Shown here: positions 1-12,551 of the stretch, one piece after another | How the letters are laid out: every line of letters begins with the position of its first letter | Position numbering within the stretch: position 1 is the first letter of the stretch | Assembly (NCBI GenBank): GCA_048128005.1 | Contig: JBEUKZ010000131.1 | Span: forward strand, 434,001-498,000 | DNA from: Veleropilina oligotropha | Taxonomy: Eukaryota | DNA length: 64,000 nt | Direction of reading: 5' to 3' | The notes under the pieces: generated by a model | Database searches by the model: none | What the model saw: the letters and a program-made list of their open reading frames with translations, nothing else | What the model was told of the DNA's origin: nothing | Made by a program: the position numbers and the translations under genes

Positions 1-212
1 ATTTTCATATGTTAATTTATGTTTGTTGATATGATTATGCTTCAAACGTATTAGTGAAATAATCAAATAAAATTTATATTACTAAATTATAGGCTGAGAT
101 TTTTCAATGAAGATGCCATGCGAACTATATATTTCTATGGTTTTACAGATATGTTACATTACGATTGTTCCTTTGGCCTTGTTTACTTATTTCCTTTTCC
201 TCCTTCTTCCAG

Positions 213-416
213 TTTCTAGCCATTCGGAAGTGGAAGTCACGTGGTATCTTGGCGATGAAGAAATCAAACCATCAGATAAATATGAGATGGAATACCACTT
301 TGGTGTTCACCGCATATTTGTTCATGGTGTCGATCAAGCAGATGCTGGGAAATGGCGGTGTGTTGCGACCAACCGCTTCGGATCAGCAACCAGCGATTGC
401 CAAGTCACCATCGTGG
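213..416 (+). CDS. Exon, C-terminal half of I-set Ig domain
   Basis: ttccttcttccAG acceptor; VEVTWYLGDEEIKPSDKYEM...DAGKWRCVATNRFGSATSDCQVTIV; donor G|GTAGGT; phase 1-1. Confidence 0.92.
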
Positions 417-1540
417 GTAGGTATCTGTGTCTTCACCTATGGTGACAAATATGATTAATATGAACCGAAAATAGCATTTTTGCAAAATTGTCTTGACCAA
501 AACCAAGGATGCTTTCTTTTGACGTGCACCAATCATATACATGCGACGTTATGCAATACGATACCAATCCAGGTTGTCACTTTAACCATATCAATTTATA
601 CTGTTCTCTAAATATGATTTCAATTGTTCTCTGCATTAATTAATATCCTTACAATATCAGAATCTAAGAAAGTGATCAGTACCATGGACATAATGTTATC
701 TGCACTCGCATTTTTGTTTGTAACGAGAAACTCATGTTGTTTACTACAATGCAACTTTCTGAATGGCGTCAACTGTTCATAACATTTGATCACAATCAAT
801 CGCTGGACTGGCTACTGTCATACTGTGAACTACACCCCATGATCAGAATAGACTCGGGTACTGAAATAGCTGGTCCAATTGGTAACTCTGGCAGCATGTG
901 GCCTCTGGTGCAGGGATAAAGTTCAGATGCTGAAACATATGTTTATGTTTCCTGCCTCTAATTATTGATCTATTTGAAACATCTGATCATATCATATTTA
1001 GTCAGCAACCTGCGGATCACGCAGTGGGGGTTCTCTATGGTGGGTAGGCCTCAGATGAGTCGCCTGGGGAACAGGTATTAAGACACTCATGGCATACAGA
1101 GTTAACCTGGATTCCTATGACGCTAAAATGTGTTAAGGATGTAAATATGGCAGTTGTGTAGTGTTCTTTTTTTATCGAAAGTATATACTTGGTAAGTGAT
1201 GAATGCCATGCTAAACAAGATTGTTTTTATTATATTTTATTAATGCATGCAACAGTCTTCCTGCGGTCTTATCCTATGGAATTCACAGCTTGATACTATG
1301 TTCACAGTTATGATTGTCACTATATTGATTGTATATTTATTCACTGGGGATGGCATTCATTATTATGTGGTTTTCACAGGTGCTCTAGGTTTGCATCTGG
1401 AAGAATATGCTACTTATTAACTAGATTGTGCTATCTGTATTTTCAATTTTGCGCATATTATTTTTACATTTGCCAAAACAACAGGACAACTGGATATACC
1501 AGGCTTTTTGTATGTTCATTTAATGACTTGTATCATTCAG

Positions 1541-1667
1541 ATTCACTACCTGAGGATTTCGAGGCACCTTGGTTCACTGACGAGCTCCTCAACATCACCA
1601 TCCTTGAGGGCTGCTCAGTTCGTCTGGAGTGTCGCGTGGCCGGATACCCCCAACCGGAAATACAATG
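1541..1667 (+). CDS. Exon, N-terminal half of Ig domain
   Basis: attcAG acceptor; DSLPEDFEAPWFTDELLNITILEGCSVRLECRVAGYPQPEIQW; donor TG|GTTAGA; phase 1-2. Confidence 0.9.
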
Positions 1668-2083
1668 GTTAGAATTGATTTATGAAACATTCATCACTCG
1701 TTGCTAGCATTGTAATAATTTCAAGGAAGTCATTTTTTATGTTATCAAAATGAAACGAATGAAAGTGAGCAACAGGATGTCGTCAAATATTACGTAAACA
1801 TACATTTAAAAATCCATCGGGAAAAAGCAAATTAATTTCTGCCATTTCTTTCCTACTCATTCAGATTGCCTGTCATTAAATTCATCTATAATATATGTTT
1901 TAAACCTAGTAACGTGATTTTTAACAACTAAAGAAACAAATTATTGGATGTTTGCATTATTTTCTTTCTTTGAAAATGCTCATGATATCGTTTAACATGC
2001 TATATACTGAATCATGAGTCTATTTTCTTTGGTTATAGTCCATGACCAACAAAGATCGAATTTGTGTGTTTAACTAGCACCTA

Positions 2084-2744
2084 TTTATTATCCTCGCAAA
2101 AAAAACATCCCCGCAAAAACATTTTGCAGGGGATATTAAAATGCAGACCGTCCGTCCGTCCGTGCAAATTATCTTTTCCGGAGCATATCTCATACACCGC
2201 TCGACATAACTTTTCGAAACTTCCTGGGTGTATTAAGTACTCAGTGAACTGGTACCTTTTGCTAGTTTCGACATCGTGCCGCTATTATTAACAGAGTTAT
2301 TGCCCTTGTTGTAAATTCGTTAACATTATCTTTTCTGGAGTGTAGCTCATACACCGATCGACATAGCTAGCTTTCCGAAACTTGCTGGATGTATTAAGTA
2401 GTCAGTGAACTGGTGCCTTTTGGTAGTTTCAGGGTTGTGCGGTGGTTATTAACAGAGTTATTGCCCTTGATGTAAATTTGTTAATGTTCTCCTTTCTGAA
2501 GCGTATCTCATAAACCGCTCAGCATAACTTTACAAAACTTCCTGGGTGTATTAAGTAGTCGGTGAACTGGTGCCTTTCGCTACTTTTCATAATTTTGACA
2601 TTGCATCATGATTAATGACAGTTATTGCTCTTGTTATTATTTAAAGCAATATTACGCTTACCTCATTGTAGTTTCAAGAACATACAGCATATACTAATTG
2701 TGAATGTACCATTGCGGGGGATATTGATGGCTCTGTCTTCTTGT
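2084..2744 (+). mobile_element. Helentron/HINE-like non-autonomous element with ~157-bp tandem core
   Basis: 5' ATCCCCGCAAAA with nearby inverted copy, (CCGT)n microsatellite, ~3 core repeats, 3' TTGCGGGGGATA subterminal repeat. Confidence 0.75.
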
Positions 2745-2801
2745 CTTTATCATTGATGTTAAAGAATGTAAACAACATGATGTCAATTTCTGTTACTTCA
2801 G

Positions 2802-2974
2802 GCTGAAGAACCGTCGTCCAATCACTGACAAGCGCGTGGCGGTGGAGTGCGATGATGGCATGACGTGCGTGCTGGCCATCCGCGAGACTCGGTACGAGGA
2901 CACGGCGGTCTACACCTGCCAGGCAGTCAACGAAGCGGGATCCGCAACAACAGAGGCAAAGATCAGAGTCAGAA
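2802..2974 (+). CDS. Exon, C-terminal half of Ig domain (not in ORF track)
   Basis: acttcAG acceptor; LKNRRPITDKRVAVECDDGMTCVLAIRETRYEDTAVYTCQAVNEAGSATTEAKIRVR; donor A|GTAGGT; phase 2-1. Confidence 0.92.
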
Positions 2975-2993
2975 GTAGGTTTATCATCAGTAA

Positions 2994-3261
2994 TCTTAAT
3001 ATAATGGAGCTATAATTGTATGTGTGTGTGTCTGTCTGTCTGTCTGTCTGTTTCAAGTTGAACTCCTCCCAGACGCTTTGACCTAGGACCTTCAAACTTT
3101 GGGGGGTTAATCGGGGTCCCCCAAGGAAGGTTTACCACGAAAAAAATTCGGAAAATTCGGCAAAAAAAAAAAACATTTAAGGGAGCACTATCCAAAAAAA
3201 AAAAAAAAAAAAAAAATTGGGGTGGGGGGACTTGCCCGGCGGAGACGGGTACCATAGCTAG
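2994..3261 (+). mobile_element. Non-autonomous Helitron
   Basis: A|TC 5' end, (TG)/(TCTG)n tract, 3' hairpin CCCG-gcggaga-CGGG shortly before CTAG|T. Confidence 0.75.
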
Positions 3262-3482
3262 TTATTGTAATGGTAACATAATTAAGAACTCTGATGATGA
3301 GATAGTAGATTGTAATGGTGATCAAACACAGAAGTATGGGCACCTGACACCTGCTACATTCCTTAAATTTAAGAATAACGGTTTTGTTCAGATGATTTCA
3401 ATATTTTTATGCTGTTATAATTCTTCATAAACTGATTCTTGTGCTAATTATACGCTGGGACGATAGTCCAGAGGGGCATATT

Positions 3483-5227
3483 CAGAGATTAAGCTGGCTG
3501 AAAATTGTGTTTAGCGATTTGGCTAATTTGTTTCATAAATCTTTAGCCAAACATCAAACCAATGTAGCCAAATAAAATCTTGACAAATGCTTTTTGATGT
3601 TTTCCATCCATTTCTTATTCAGTATATTATTTAATTTCACAAATTTCTACATTCATAAATGTTGCAAATTGATATAAGGGCTAACTACACAATGTTCTCT
3701 ATAACTATGTGATTATTGTATACCACATTAAGATAATTTAATACAAATTTTTAGAAAAATGCTTGAGCTTTTTGGCTAAATGGTAATGAAGAAAATTAGC
3801 CAAATCTGATTTTCTTTCTGATTTGGCTATTTGGCGAATGGCAGCTTAACTCTTTAGCGACCAAATTAATTCCGCGAAAACGTATTGGCAGCTATGTATA
3901 TATTGTAAATTGTCTATATTATCCTTAATATCACCCATATAAAACTATATATCAGAAGATTCAGAAAAGAATAAGCTTTCAGTTGATGATAATGGTTATT
4001 TATTATTATATAATTTGGTCATATTTATTGTAGGTATACAATATTGATAGAATAAGAAAATGAAAAAAATATTATGAAAAAATGAGTTTCATGACTACTA
4101 TTTCATAATTTTAACAAATTTTCATACTTTGTCTTATATATTCTGTGAAAGTATCCATATATGAACAGTTTGGTGTAAAAACATAGTCTACATGCTGATG
4201 AAGAGTCCCAGTGGTACTTGACCAAATATAGCTGGGTTTTTTCAATAAAAGATGAAGAAACAGCCGGGGTCATGATGAAACGAATAACGCGAGAAGGACG
4301 GTATTTTCAATGAATTGTGTATCTTCTTTGGGTATAATATCATTATGATGAAATCTCTTTCATTTCGGACCGAGTCGACCACTCCCTAGCTGGCGTCTGC
4401 GTCGTGAATTGAATGGAACACGACAATCCGAGGCGGCTCCACAGATTCCAGATTATCCGAATAGCACTGAAAAAAAAAAAAAAAAATACAATGTATAAGA
4501 TATAATTAATAATATACAGATATTTACACACAAAAAACATTCATGACTTCATATAATATTGTTATCAAATCAATAAAAAACATGTTACAATCAAACAATT
4601 ATATTTCCTTATTCATATGAACGTGGGCAAGAAAAGGCATCGGGTGTTTGTTATAATATAATTATTATCTCCTTTTCCAACTACTATTGTTATTGTGCTT
4701 TACATTAATTTATTTCTATATAAAATAGTATGTAATAAATTACGCAGTAATACGTCTTACTGTGGTAGAATCATCGTTATATAATAACAAGTCTGAAGAA
4801 TACATCTCCTTTCGGCCATGGGGCCATGCCCCCTTCTTCATAAGAGTCATATTAGTACTATATTTGACCTTTGTGACCCGAAATGTCCTGTTTCCATGTT
4901 TCCATATCGAAAATAGATAGCCAAGCTATCGATAAAATCTCGTTAGCATCAATATATCCCTTTTCACAAAGTATATCGGTCCCCTGAAGCAGACATAGTG
5001 TCGTCTGTCTATAACAGCAATAAAAGTTGATGTCTGATACATTAACATACGATAAAAGTGTCCCAGTGAAATACAAGCCAATAATAATGGCCGCCAAAAC
5101 TATTCAGGAAGTGAGAACTATGGTCACCTGATATCGCCATGCTTAATTTTACTTCCTTAAACCATGGGAACGTATATACATAGGCTATTCACAAGTTGCG
5201 GCTATGTCACGAAAGAGTTAAACCCTG
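3483..5227. mobile_element. hAT-like MITE whose right TIR is split by a TTAA-targeting element
   Basis: Left end CAGAGATTAAGCTG; right end GCAGC-TTAA...ACCCTG (reverse complement CAGGGTTTAAGCTGC); no clean TSD. Confidence 0.5.
3850..5217. mobile_element. piggyBac-like non-autonomous DNA transposon
   Basis: TTAA|CTCTTTAGCGAC ... GTCACGAAAGAG|TTAA; TTAA TSD and C-start TIRs; no transposase ORF. Confidence 0.65.
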
Positions 5228-5369
5228 CATATGTATGTAAAGTTTTTCATGGAGCATATATGGCATGCTTAAGGCATTTTTTGGTATATGTATGGTTTGG
5301 TATTGATTATATGGATGTTACCTGATACTCGGGCAGTAATATTGAATAAAATTTAATTTAATTATTTAA

Positions 5370-8300
5370 GGGGAGTCAGTGGTCAAAAATCTATTTGCTG
5401 ACTTGCTTGTTCAAATCAACTGAAACTTTGCATACAAGATGAATTTACCAAGTTAATATAAAAAATGGCTTGTTTTCGGTCATTTTCAAGGTCGTTGCTA
5501 TGGTAACGGCGGCCATCTTGAATATTTTTGGTATTACCTTATAATTAATTTGTGTCTGGAAATACATGACATGGAAGCATGGAATCAACTTTATTTTGTG
5601 CGAAAATACCATGTTAAGAAAATAACAGAGAGAAAATATTGAATTTATAAGTTTATTTTTACATTTATGAAAAAAATCTATTTATTCACAAATTGACGCA
5701 TTTTTTCAAAAATTCAATTGTCCGCTACATGAAAAAAAAAAATTCAAAAATATCTCTCTGTTATTTTCTAGATATTGCTTTCAAGTAACTGTCTGCCCAA
5801 TTTCAATGTCATATACCGATGGCATATATTTTAAATTTTTCTCGCAATGTCGGAAATGCACATACTGAGTGAGAAAAACGACATTGAACATATATTGAAA
5901 ATAAAAAAGAATAATTGGTGTTATTTATTATTTTATTTCAGGGAATAATAGTTTTAGAAAGGTGGCAGTACATACATGATATACAAATAAAACAATCTAT
6001 CTCTTAAAAAGCACCAGACTGATATGTTACACCTTCCTTTTGAAGGTAGTCTGCCTCAGCGGAAGCTTTAGCGATTTTTCGAGAATGGCGAATATTTTCG
6101 TATTGAGTCAGCTTTCGCTTAACACTTTGTTTAACTCTCCTTTCATCCTTCAGCTTTCCTGCAAGGGTAAAATGAGAACCAGGTTGTATTCCCATTAACT
6201 GCACTGTTTGCAGAGTTCCCAGGGAGCCGCTGTTGAACTCTGAAACAGACAGACCGACTGCTGCGTCCACACGGTATTTTGACACAAACTGTGTCTTGGG
6301 GCACTTACGCCATATAACAGAATGCAGACATTCATTGTTGTTTTGTGTGCCTCCACGCAAACATCTCTTTAATAGCGTTTCATCAGCTAACCGTTTATAA
6401 ACATTTAAAACTACCTCTGCCACTTCGCGTGACAATGGAGTACCAATCTTGCTCTTATGAGAGGGTATATCGATGCCCCGGCTGACAGCCCTCTGGTAAA
6501 AACACCAGGATTCATCACCTGGGGGACAATGATGATGATGTGGGTCGTCATCAGAAGAGATGGCATGAAAAAATGAGGCAAATATGGCTGACCTCATACC
6601 CTCAAGGTTATCTTTATTGCTACGGACAGCGCGACCATAATAATTGGTGAGTTTGATTATAGTCCTCTCAGTCAATTTTCCATAGCCTGTGCCCCCTAAA
6701 GCTACACCATGCTTTTTACTTTCTTTCGAAAGTTTTCGCAATGCAGAACCAAGTCGCTTCTCAACATGATTTACGCACTCCTCTTTACTTATTGGGTAGG
6801 CATTGCCATACACATTCAAGCCGAGCAAGTGACTGAATGTCTTGGTGTCTCCATCGCTTAGCATGATCGTGTAGCGCAGATTATTTTTGGCTATTGATCA
6901 ACTCCAAATTTGTTCACCCGCTGCCAGTTCCATAGAACCTGAAGAGCCTTCAAAATTTATATCACATTTTGTGACATGCTCCTCAAACCATAATTTATAC
7001 TCATCACTCGACCTGTCCATTTTATTCTGAGCAATACTTTGACATAACTTCAAAATCCAAAACTAAACCTGTATATAACTCGACAATAGCACCAACACCG
7101 TAGTTGGAAGTGTGACCACGTTTCATCCAGCTGCCATCGAAACTAACCGCAACTGATAATACTTCACCAGGATCAAGTTCGGGATCAAGATTACAATACA
7201 CATGCAGATCTAACAAATTCAACACTCTTTTTCATGACCGATTCACTACCTGTGACAAAAGATTTAGCCACGGATTTTGCATTACTAACAAATGTTTTCT
7301 GATGCAAAGGTTTCGTGTTCATATACATGCAAAATTTTTGTAATCCAGCAAAACCAACACCTAAATCTAAAAATGCAGCTACAGCTCTTGTGGTGACCTC
7401 GTATGGTTTCTTTGAATTGTGATTATCATAATCAACTTTAGCTGATGTATAAGAAGATGCCACTTGATCATCACAATGTGAACGGGTTATATTTAATTTA
7501 TTGACAAGTCCTAAATTTTGTACTTCCAAAAGATAATGTCAGTGATTTTGTATTGCATTTTGGACAGTTTAATTCTTCAAACAGCTTTGATAATTGCGAT
7601 TTCTGACAGAAGATGGTTTCGTCAGCTGCTTCATGAGAAGAAACTCGACTAACTGTGTTTGAGCGGCCGAAAAGTTCCAATTTTCGCAGTGACGCGGTCG
7701 AAATTACGTTTGCACATGTTGAATAGTCAGTATTTATTCCAATATCACGCAAGTTTATCGAAAAAAGCGTCAATTCGGTATTTACGCCAACATCACGTAA
7801 CGAGATAGGATTATTCTCCGCATTTTCGATGTTACAAGTCTTCCGCGTTATGGAAAGTCGACGAAAACGGGTTACCGACGCATTGATATTGTGTTTACTT
7901 CTTATACTTCGGCAAATTAGTAGTTGTTTCTTCCGTAGTAACTTGTTTTCTCCACAATTTATTGCGTTAAAAAGAGCATAACTCGCATGTCGCGACAGCT
8001 GACTGAATTTGACAACGTTGGAACCACGAGAACGATAAAGTCACAACTGCGCATGCGCAAGCACACACGTGACCGTATTGGGCCAATTGCTTGTCAGTCT
8101 TCGATAGGAGCGGAGCACATTTAAATATTACCGCATATGCTTATAGATTTTAACCAATAAAATCGCGAGGTTTATTCACTCCTGAAGTCTCACAGGAAGT
8201 GGAAACTCTTAATGAAAAGCACCGCTTTCCGTAGGTACCCGGATTGACTATAAACAACATGGCGGTCGCGATGGATTGTTTGATTAAAAACGACCCTTTT

Positions 8301-8508
8301 TCGACCAAAAAGGCAACATTTAACGATTTTAATCAACAAAACTCTAAGGGGTATGTATGATAAAACACATTTTTATCAAAAATAACGTTTATTATGGCAA
8401 ATATGATAGTACAGTATAAATATTGAATAATTAAAGATCATGAATCTAGCGATATCTCAAAATCGAATATTTTTCAGTTTTATGCTAACGTTTGACCCTC
8501 GACTCCCC
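5370..8508 (-). mobile_element. Kolobok-type DNA transposon (full length, inactivated)
   Basis: TTAA TSD at both ends; 18-bp TIRs GGGGAGTCAGTGGTCAAA / TTTGACCCTCGACTCCCC with RR...YY termini; internal DDE transposase remnants. Confidence 0.85.
6004..7773 (-). pseudogene. Disrupted DDE transposase (Kolobok / 'Mutator-like' domain type)
   Basis: Fragments in different frames: CPKC; VSFDGSWMKRGHTS; MSKYC; NFEGSSGSME; LSDGDTK; EECVNHVEKR; CPPGDESWC; GGTQNNNECLH. Frameshifts near 7510, 7200 and 7020; in-frame TGA at 6898-6900. Confidence 0.88.
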
Positions 8509-9117
8509 TTAAAAAAAAATTGTGTTTTCTAACATAGAAATTTTGGTTAGAATTTCCGGTTAAAGTTTTTTATTGAGTGTATATGGCTTGCTCAAGGGAC
8601 TTTTTGGCAAATACATGCTATGGTATTGATTATATAGATGTTACCTGATACTCTGGCATTGATAATGAATACAATTTAATTTAATTTATGCAAATAAATT
8701 GGTGTTTTTTAACATAGAATTCTGGTTAAAGTTTTTCATTGAGTGTATATGACTTGCTCCATGGACTTTTTGGCATATATATGCTTTGGTATTGATTATA
8801 TGGATGTTGCCTGATACTCTGGCAGTGATAATGAACTTTTTGGCATATGTATGCTTTGATCTTGATTATATGGAGGTTACCTGGTACTTTGGCAGTGATA
8901 TTTAATAAAATTGGATTAATTATTGCAAATTAATTGGTGTTTTTGAACATAGAAATTATAGTTATAATTTTCAGTTAAAGTTCGTCAGTGAGTGTATGTA
9001 ATGGGCTGTTGGAGGCACTTTTGGAATATATTTATGTGCTTTGGTATTGTTAATGTTATATGTTATCGAATGGCCTTGGTCATATTCATATTCTTGATAG
9101 TTGTGAATATGACCAAT

Positions 9118-9201
9118 TCACCGACATAAAGGAATGTTGGTCCTGGTCAGTACTTGGATGAATGCCCATGCTGTAAAGAATATGGACTTGGTGCTGTAGA
9201 C
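9118..9201 (+). pseudogene. Degenerate 5S rRNA 3' half (pseudogene or SINE3-like remnant)
   Basis: TCACCGA...CCTGGTCAGTACTTGGATG...GAATA...GGTGCTGTAGAC follows the order of metazoan 5S rRNA internal control region and 3' end. Confidence 0.6.
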
Positions 9202-9477
9202 AAATTCATCTGATCAGAGAAAGATGTCATTTGATAGCATATTGTTTCAGAGATATGCAAAACTTATCAAAGATAATCAGTCTTATAACTATCAAATAGT
9301 CATGAATTAGAAGATAGAATCCATCTACTAGTATTTGGTAACCATGACTGAACAATTTGCGACTGCATTGAGGCATGTTTCATGTCCACTTTGGAAAATC
9401 TTTTTGTGAGTAGAATGTGGTGAAGATAGTATTAACCATGTGTACGTTAGTCATCATTTGTATGTCTTTGTTCACAG

Positions 9478-9731
9478 GGCCAGATACCAATGAAGCCCAG
9501 TACCTCCGCAGCCAAGATGGCAGTGACTACAAGCGTGACATGATACCGCCACCACAGGTCAAGTACGATTATGCCGTCGCTCCGGAGTTTACTGGCAGAC
9601 TAGTGAACAAGACACTAACTGAGGGTCGCAACGCCAAGCTGACATGCTCCATCACCGGTGTGCCCCATCCAGCGATCAACTGGTTCAAAGATGGGCAGGT
9701 GCTGAAAGAAGGTCCGAAGTATTCCATTATG
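9478..9731 (+). CDS. Exon, linker plus N-terminal half of Ig domain
   Basis: ttcacAG acceptor; ...APEFTGRLVNKTLTEGRNAKLTCSITGVPHPAINWFKDGQVLKEGPKYSIM; donor ATG|GTGAGT; phase 1-0. Confidence 0.93.
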
Positions 9732-9805
9732 GTGAGTTTCATAACATTTTGGATGATATATAAGAAATATTGGTCAAAATGGAATATTTTGTGATATTGT
9801 TGAAT

Positions 9806-10852
9806 TTTTGTCTCGCCCCGAAGGAAAGCTATACTAAGGGATTGCTTTTTCCAGCATTGTCGTCGTCGTGTCATCTTGGTTAAAGTTTTTCATTGAGTGT
9901 ATATGGCTTGGTCAAGGCACTTTTTGGCATATATGTGTATTTGTTATTGGTTGTATGGATGTCACCTGATACTCTGGCAGTGGTATTGAATAAATTTTAA
10001 TATAATTAATGGAAATATAGTGGTCTTTAGGGACATAGAAATTTAGGCAAATGTTAGGTTAAAGTTTTTCATCAAGTGTATATGTCTTGCTCAATGCACT
10101 TTTGGGCATATATATGCTTTGTTATTGGTGGTATGGATGTTGCCTGATACTCTGGCAGTGATATTGAATAAATTTTAATGTAATTAATGGAAATATAGTG
10201 GACTATTTGGACATAGAAATTTCGGCAAATTTTAGGTTAAGGTTTTCGGTAAGTTTTTCATCAAGTGTATATGGCTTGCTCAAGGCACTTTTTGGCATAT
10301 ATATGCTTTGTTATTGGTTGTATGGATGTCACCTGATACTCTGGCAGTGATATTGAATAAATTTTAATGTAATTAATGGAAATATGGTCGTGTATTGAAC
10401 ATAGAAATTTAGGTGAACTTTAGGTTATAGTTTTTCATCAAAAGTATATGGCTTGCTCAAAGAACATTTTGGCATATATATGCTTTGTTATTGGTTGTAT
10501 GGATGTCACCTGATACTCTGGCAGTAATATGGAATACATTTTAATATAATTAATGAAAATAAAGTGGTGTTTGTGGACATAGAAATTTTGGTTGAAGTTT
10601 TTCATTTAGTGGATATTGGCTACTAAAATCACTTTTTGGAATATGTATGCTTTGGTATTGTTTATATGGATATCATCTAATACTCTGGCATTGATATGAA
10701 ATAAAATGTCATATCATTGATAATTGATAATATTTGTGTTTTTGGACTTAGAATTTTCGGCTAAAGATTTCAATGATTGCATATGATATTATCAAAATAC
10801 TTTTCTAGTAAATTTCTAAAATCTAGAGACATATCGGACCGCTGTTCTTGTT
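9806..10852 (+). mobile_element. HINE-like element with ~180-bp tandem core (~5 units)
   Basis: TTTTTGTCTC 5' end and GAGACA 3' subterminal repeat, (GTC)n microsatellite, ends TTCTTGTT. Confidence 0.7.
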
Positions 10853-11092
10853 GAATTTTATGTCTGTAAAGAAAGCAAAGTATACACTTTTCATGCCTTT
10901 GAAATTGTAATTTGTCAACTATATTTTATCATACATTGCAATTACAGTTTCTTTGATGTATTATTTTCAACATCCAAAGATGAAATTCTCTGTTTGCATG
11001 GCAAACTAAACCACTGTTTTGTAATGCAATAAATAATCTTATATAATTATGTTTTGTTGTTGATATTGAATGCCTGTTTGTACCTATTATAG

Positions 11093-11216
11093 GACAAAAA
11101 CGGTCTGCTCTCCCTGACGATAAACAAGGTCTCCCTTGATGACGCGGCTTGTTATTCTTGTCAAGCTGTAAATAAAGATGGAAAAGTTGCAACCAGCGCA
11201 TATATCGATGTGGAGA
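11093..11216 (+). CDS. Exon, C-terminal part of Ig domain (not in ORF track)
   Basis: tattatAG acceptor; DKNGLLSLTINKVSLDDAACYSCQAVNKDGKVATSAYIDVE; donor A|GTAAGT; phase 0-1. Confidence 0.9.
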
Positions 11217-11622
11217 GTAAGTTACCTCCAACTTTTTATGACCATTCATAAACTTAACAAATTTGGTTGCCTTTGTATTCGTATGTTATGTCTGTATATT
11301 GGCCATTTGAAAGCATATTCCAGAAATGTTTATCAAGTGATCAAGTATGCATTGTATAAAGTATAAAGTATTGTTATAAGTATACTAGACCCTGCCATAA
11401 CATTATGTAAGCAAGGTGTGCCTAGTATCATTATGCTTATCTTGTCAAATTTTGCTAATCCAATACTGTGTGCATCAATCATATAACAGGAAAAGACATT
11501 TTTGGTGCTCATAATTAGTAACATTCATGTTATTTTGAAGCTCTTTCTGAATGACTTTATTAGGCAATAAGGAGTTCCTATTGTGATACATTATCTAAGC
11601 ATTCTTGATTAACTGCATGCAT

Positions 11623-11790
11623 CAGCGGATGAGTGGATAGCGCGTCAGACACTCAACCGATACAGTCAGGAGGTCCGGGTTCGAAGCCAGTTGGCGGCTT
11701 ATTCTAACGCTGAAAATAATAGATGGTATATCCCTAATGTATGTCAGTCAGATCGGAGTGAGGCCTAAACTGGTGTCCCGACTGTATTAA
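11623..11790 (+). mobile_element. tRNA-derived SINE, family A
   Basis: A-box-like TGAGTGGATAGCG and B box GGTTCGAAGCC; body GGCTTATTC...AATAGATGG...ATCCCTAAT shared with 22508. Confidence 0.65.
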
Positions 11791-11898
11791 GATTGATACA
11801 TTCCCTATGCTTTTTTATTACGTACAAAATTTTTTGCAGTTTAGATGTCAATGGTTGGATTTACTGAATATGTATGAATCTATCTGATTTTCTTGCAG

Positions 11899-12037
11899 CT
11901 TTGGATGAGGACCTGGAGCTGGTCGATTATCAGAGGCCGGAGTTTATCCGCACCATTGATAACGTCATCGCCAGTGAAGGCCAAGACGTGGTGTTTGAGT
12001 GCGCTGCCAAGGGACGACCTATGCCGACCTTCAAATG
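11899..12037 (+). CDS. Exon, N-terminal half of Ig domain
   Basis: ttttcttgcAG acceptor; LDEDLELVDYQRPEFIRTIDNVIASEGQDVVFECAAKGRPMPTFKW; donor TG|GTAAGG; phase 1-2. Confidence 0.92.
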
Positions 12038-12375
12038 GTAAGGCGCACCACTGTATGTTTGTTGTCTATCTGAGTTTGTGATCTAAATTTCGCTTATTCG
12101 AATACTTAAAATTAAAGAAGGGATGGCTTAAAAACCTGTTACCTAGCCTTTGAACTCCTACTGAAAAATTGTCAAATTGTGGTCGTAAAACTAAATTGAT
12201 TCAATCAATCAATCATTTGAATTCTGTCCTTCCAAAATCGGTTTTAGAATGTACTCACTAACATTTAATATTTTAAGTTTTAAATAAATTAATTTTTAAC
12301 TGTAACATTTATTTCATATTATGTGTTATGCTAATTGCCAAAGGCATGTTTTCAGAATCTTAACATATATTGTAG

Positions 12376-12551
12376 GCAAAAAGACATACAGGAGTTGATG
12401 GAAGACGAGCGATTACAGGTATTCTCTGACAGCAGAGGAGGGAGTCGACTGGTCATCAAGAATGTCCAGCCATCCGATGCAGGCCTGTTCTTCTGTGTCG
12501 CGCACAGCAAAGCTGGACGAGTCAAGTGTTCGGCTACTCTTCGAGTCAGAG
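12376..12551 (+). CDS. Exon, C-terminal half of Ig domain
   Basis: ttgtAG acceptor; QKDIQELMEDERLQVFSDSRGGSRLVIKNVQPSDAGLFFCVAHSKAGRVKCSATLRVR; donor G|GTAGGA; phase 2-1. Confidence 0.92.

Larger units (their letters stand above)
5236..9055 (+). repeat. Degenerate ~180-bp tandem-core repeat (same family as 9806-10852), split by the Kolobok insertion
   Basis: Unit AAAGTTTTTCATTGAGTGTATATGGCTTG...ACCTGATACTCTGGCAGTGATATTGAATAAA continues across 5369/8513. Confidence 0.7.
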
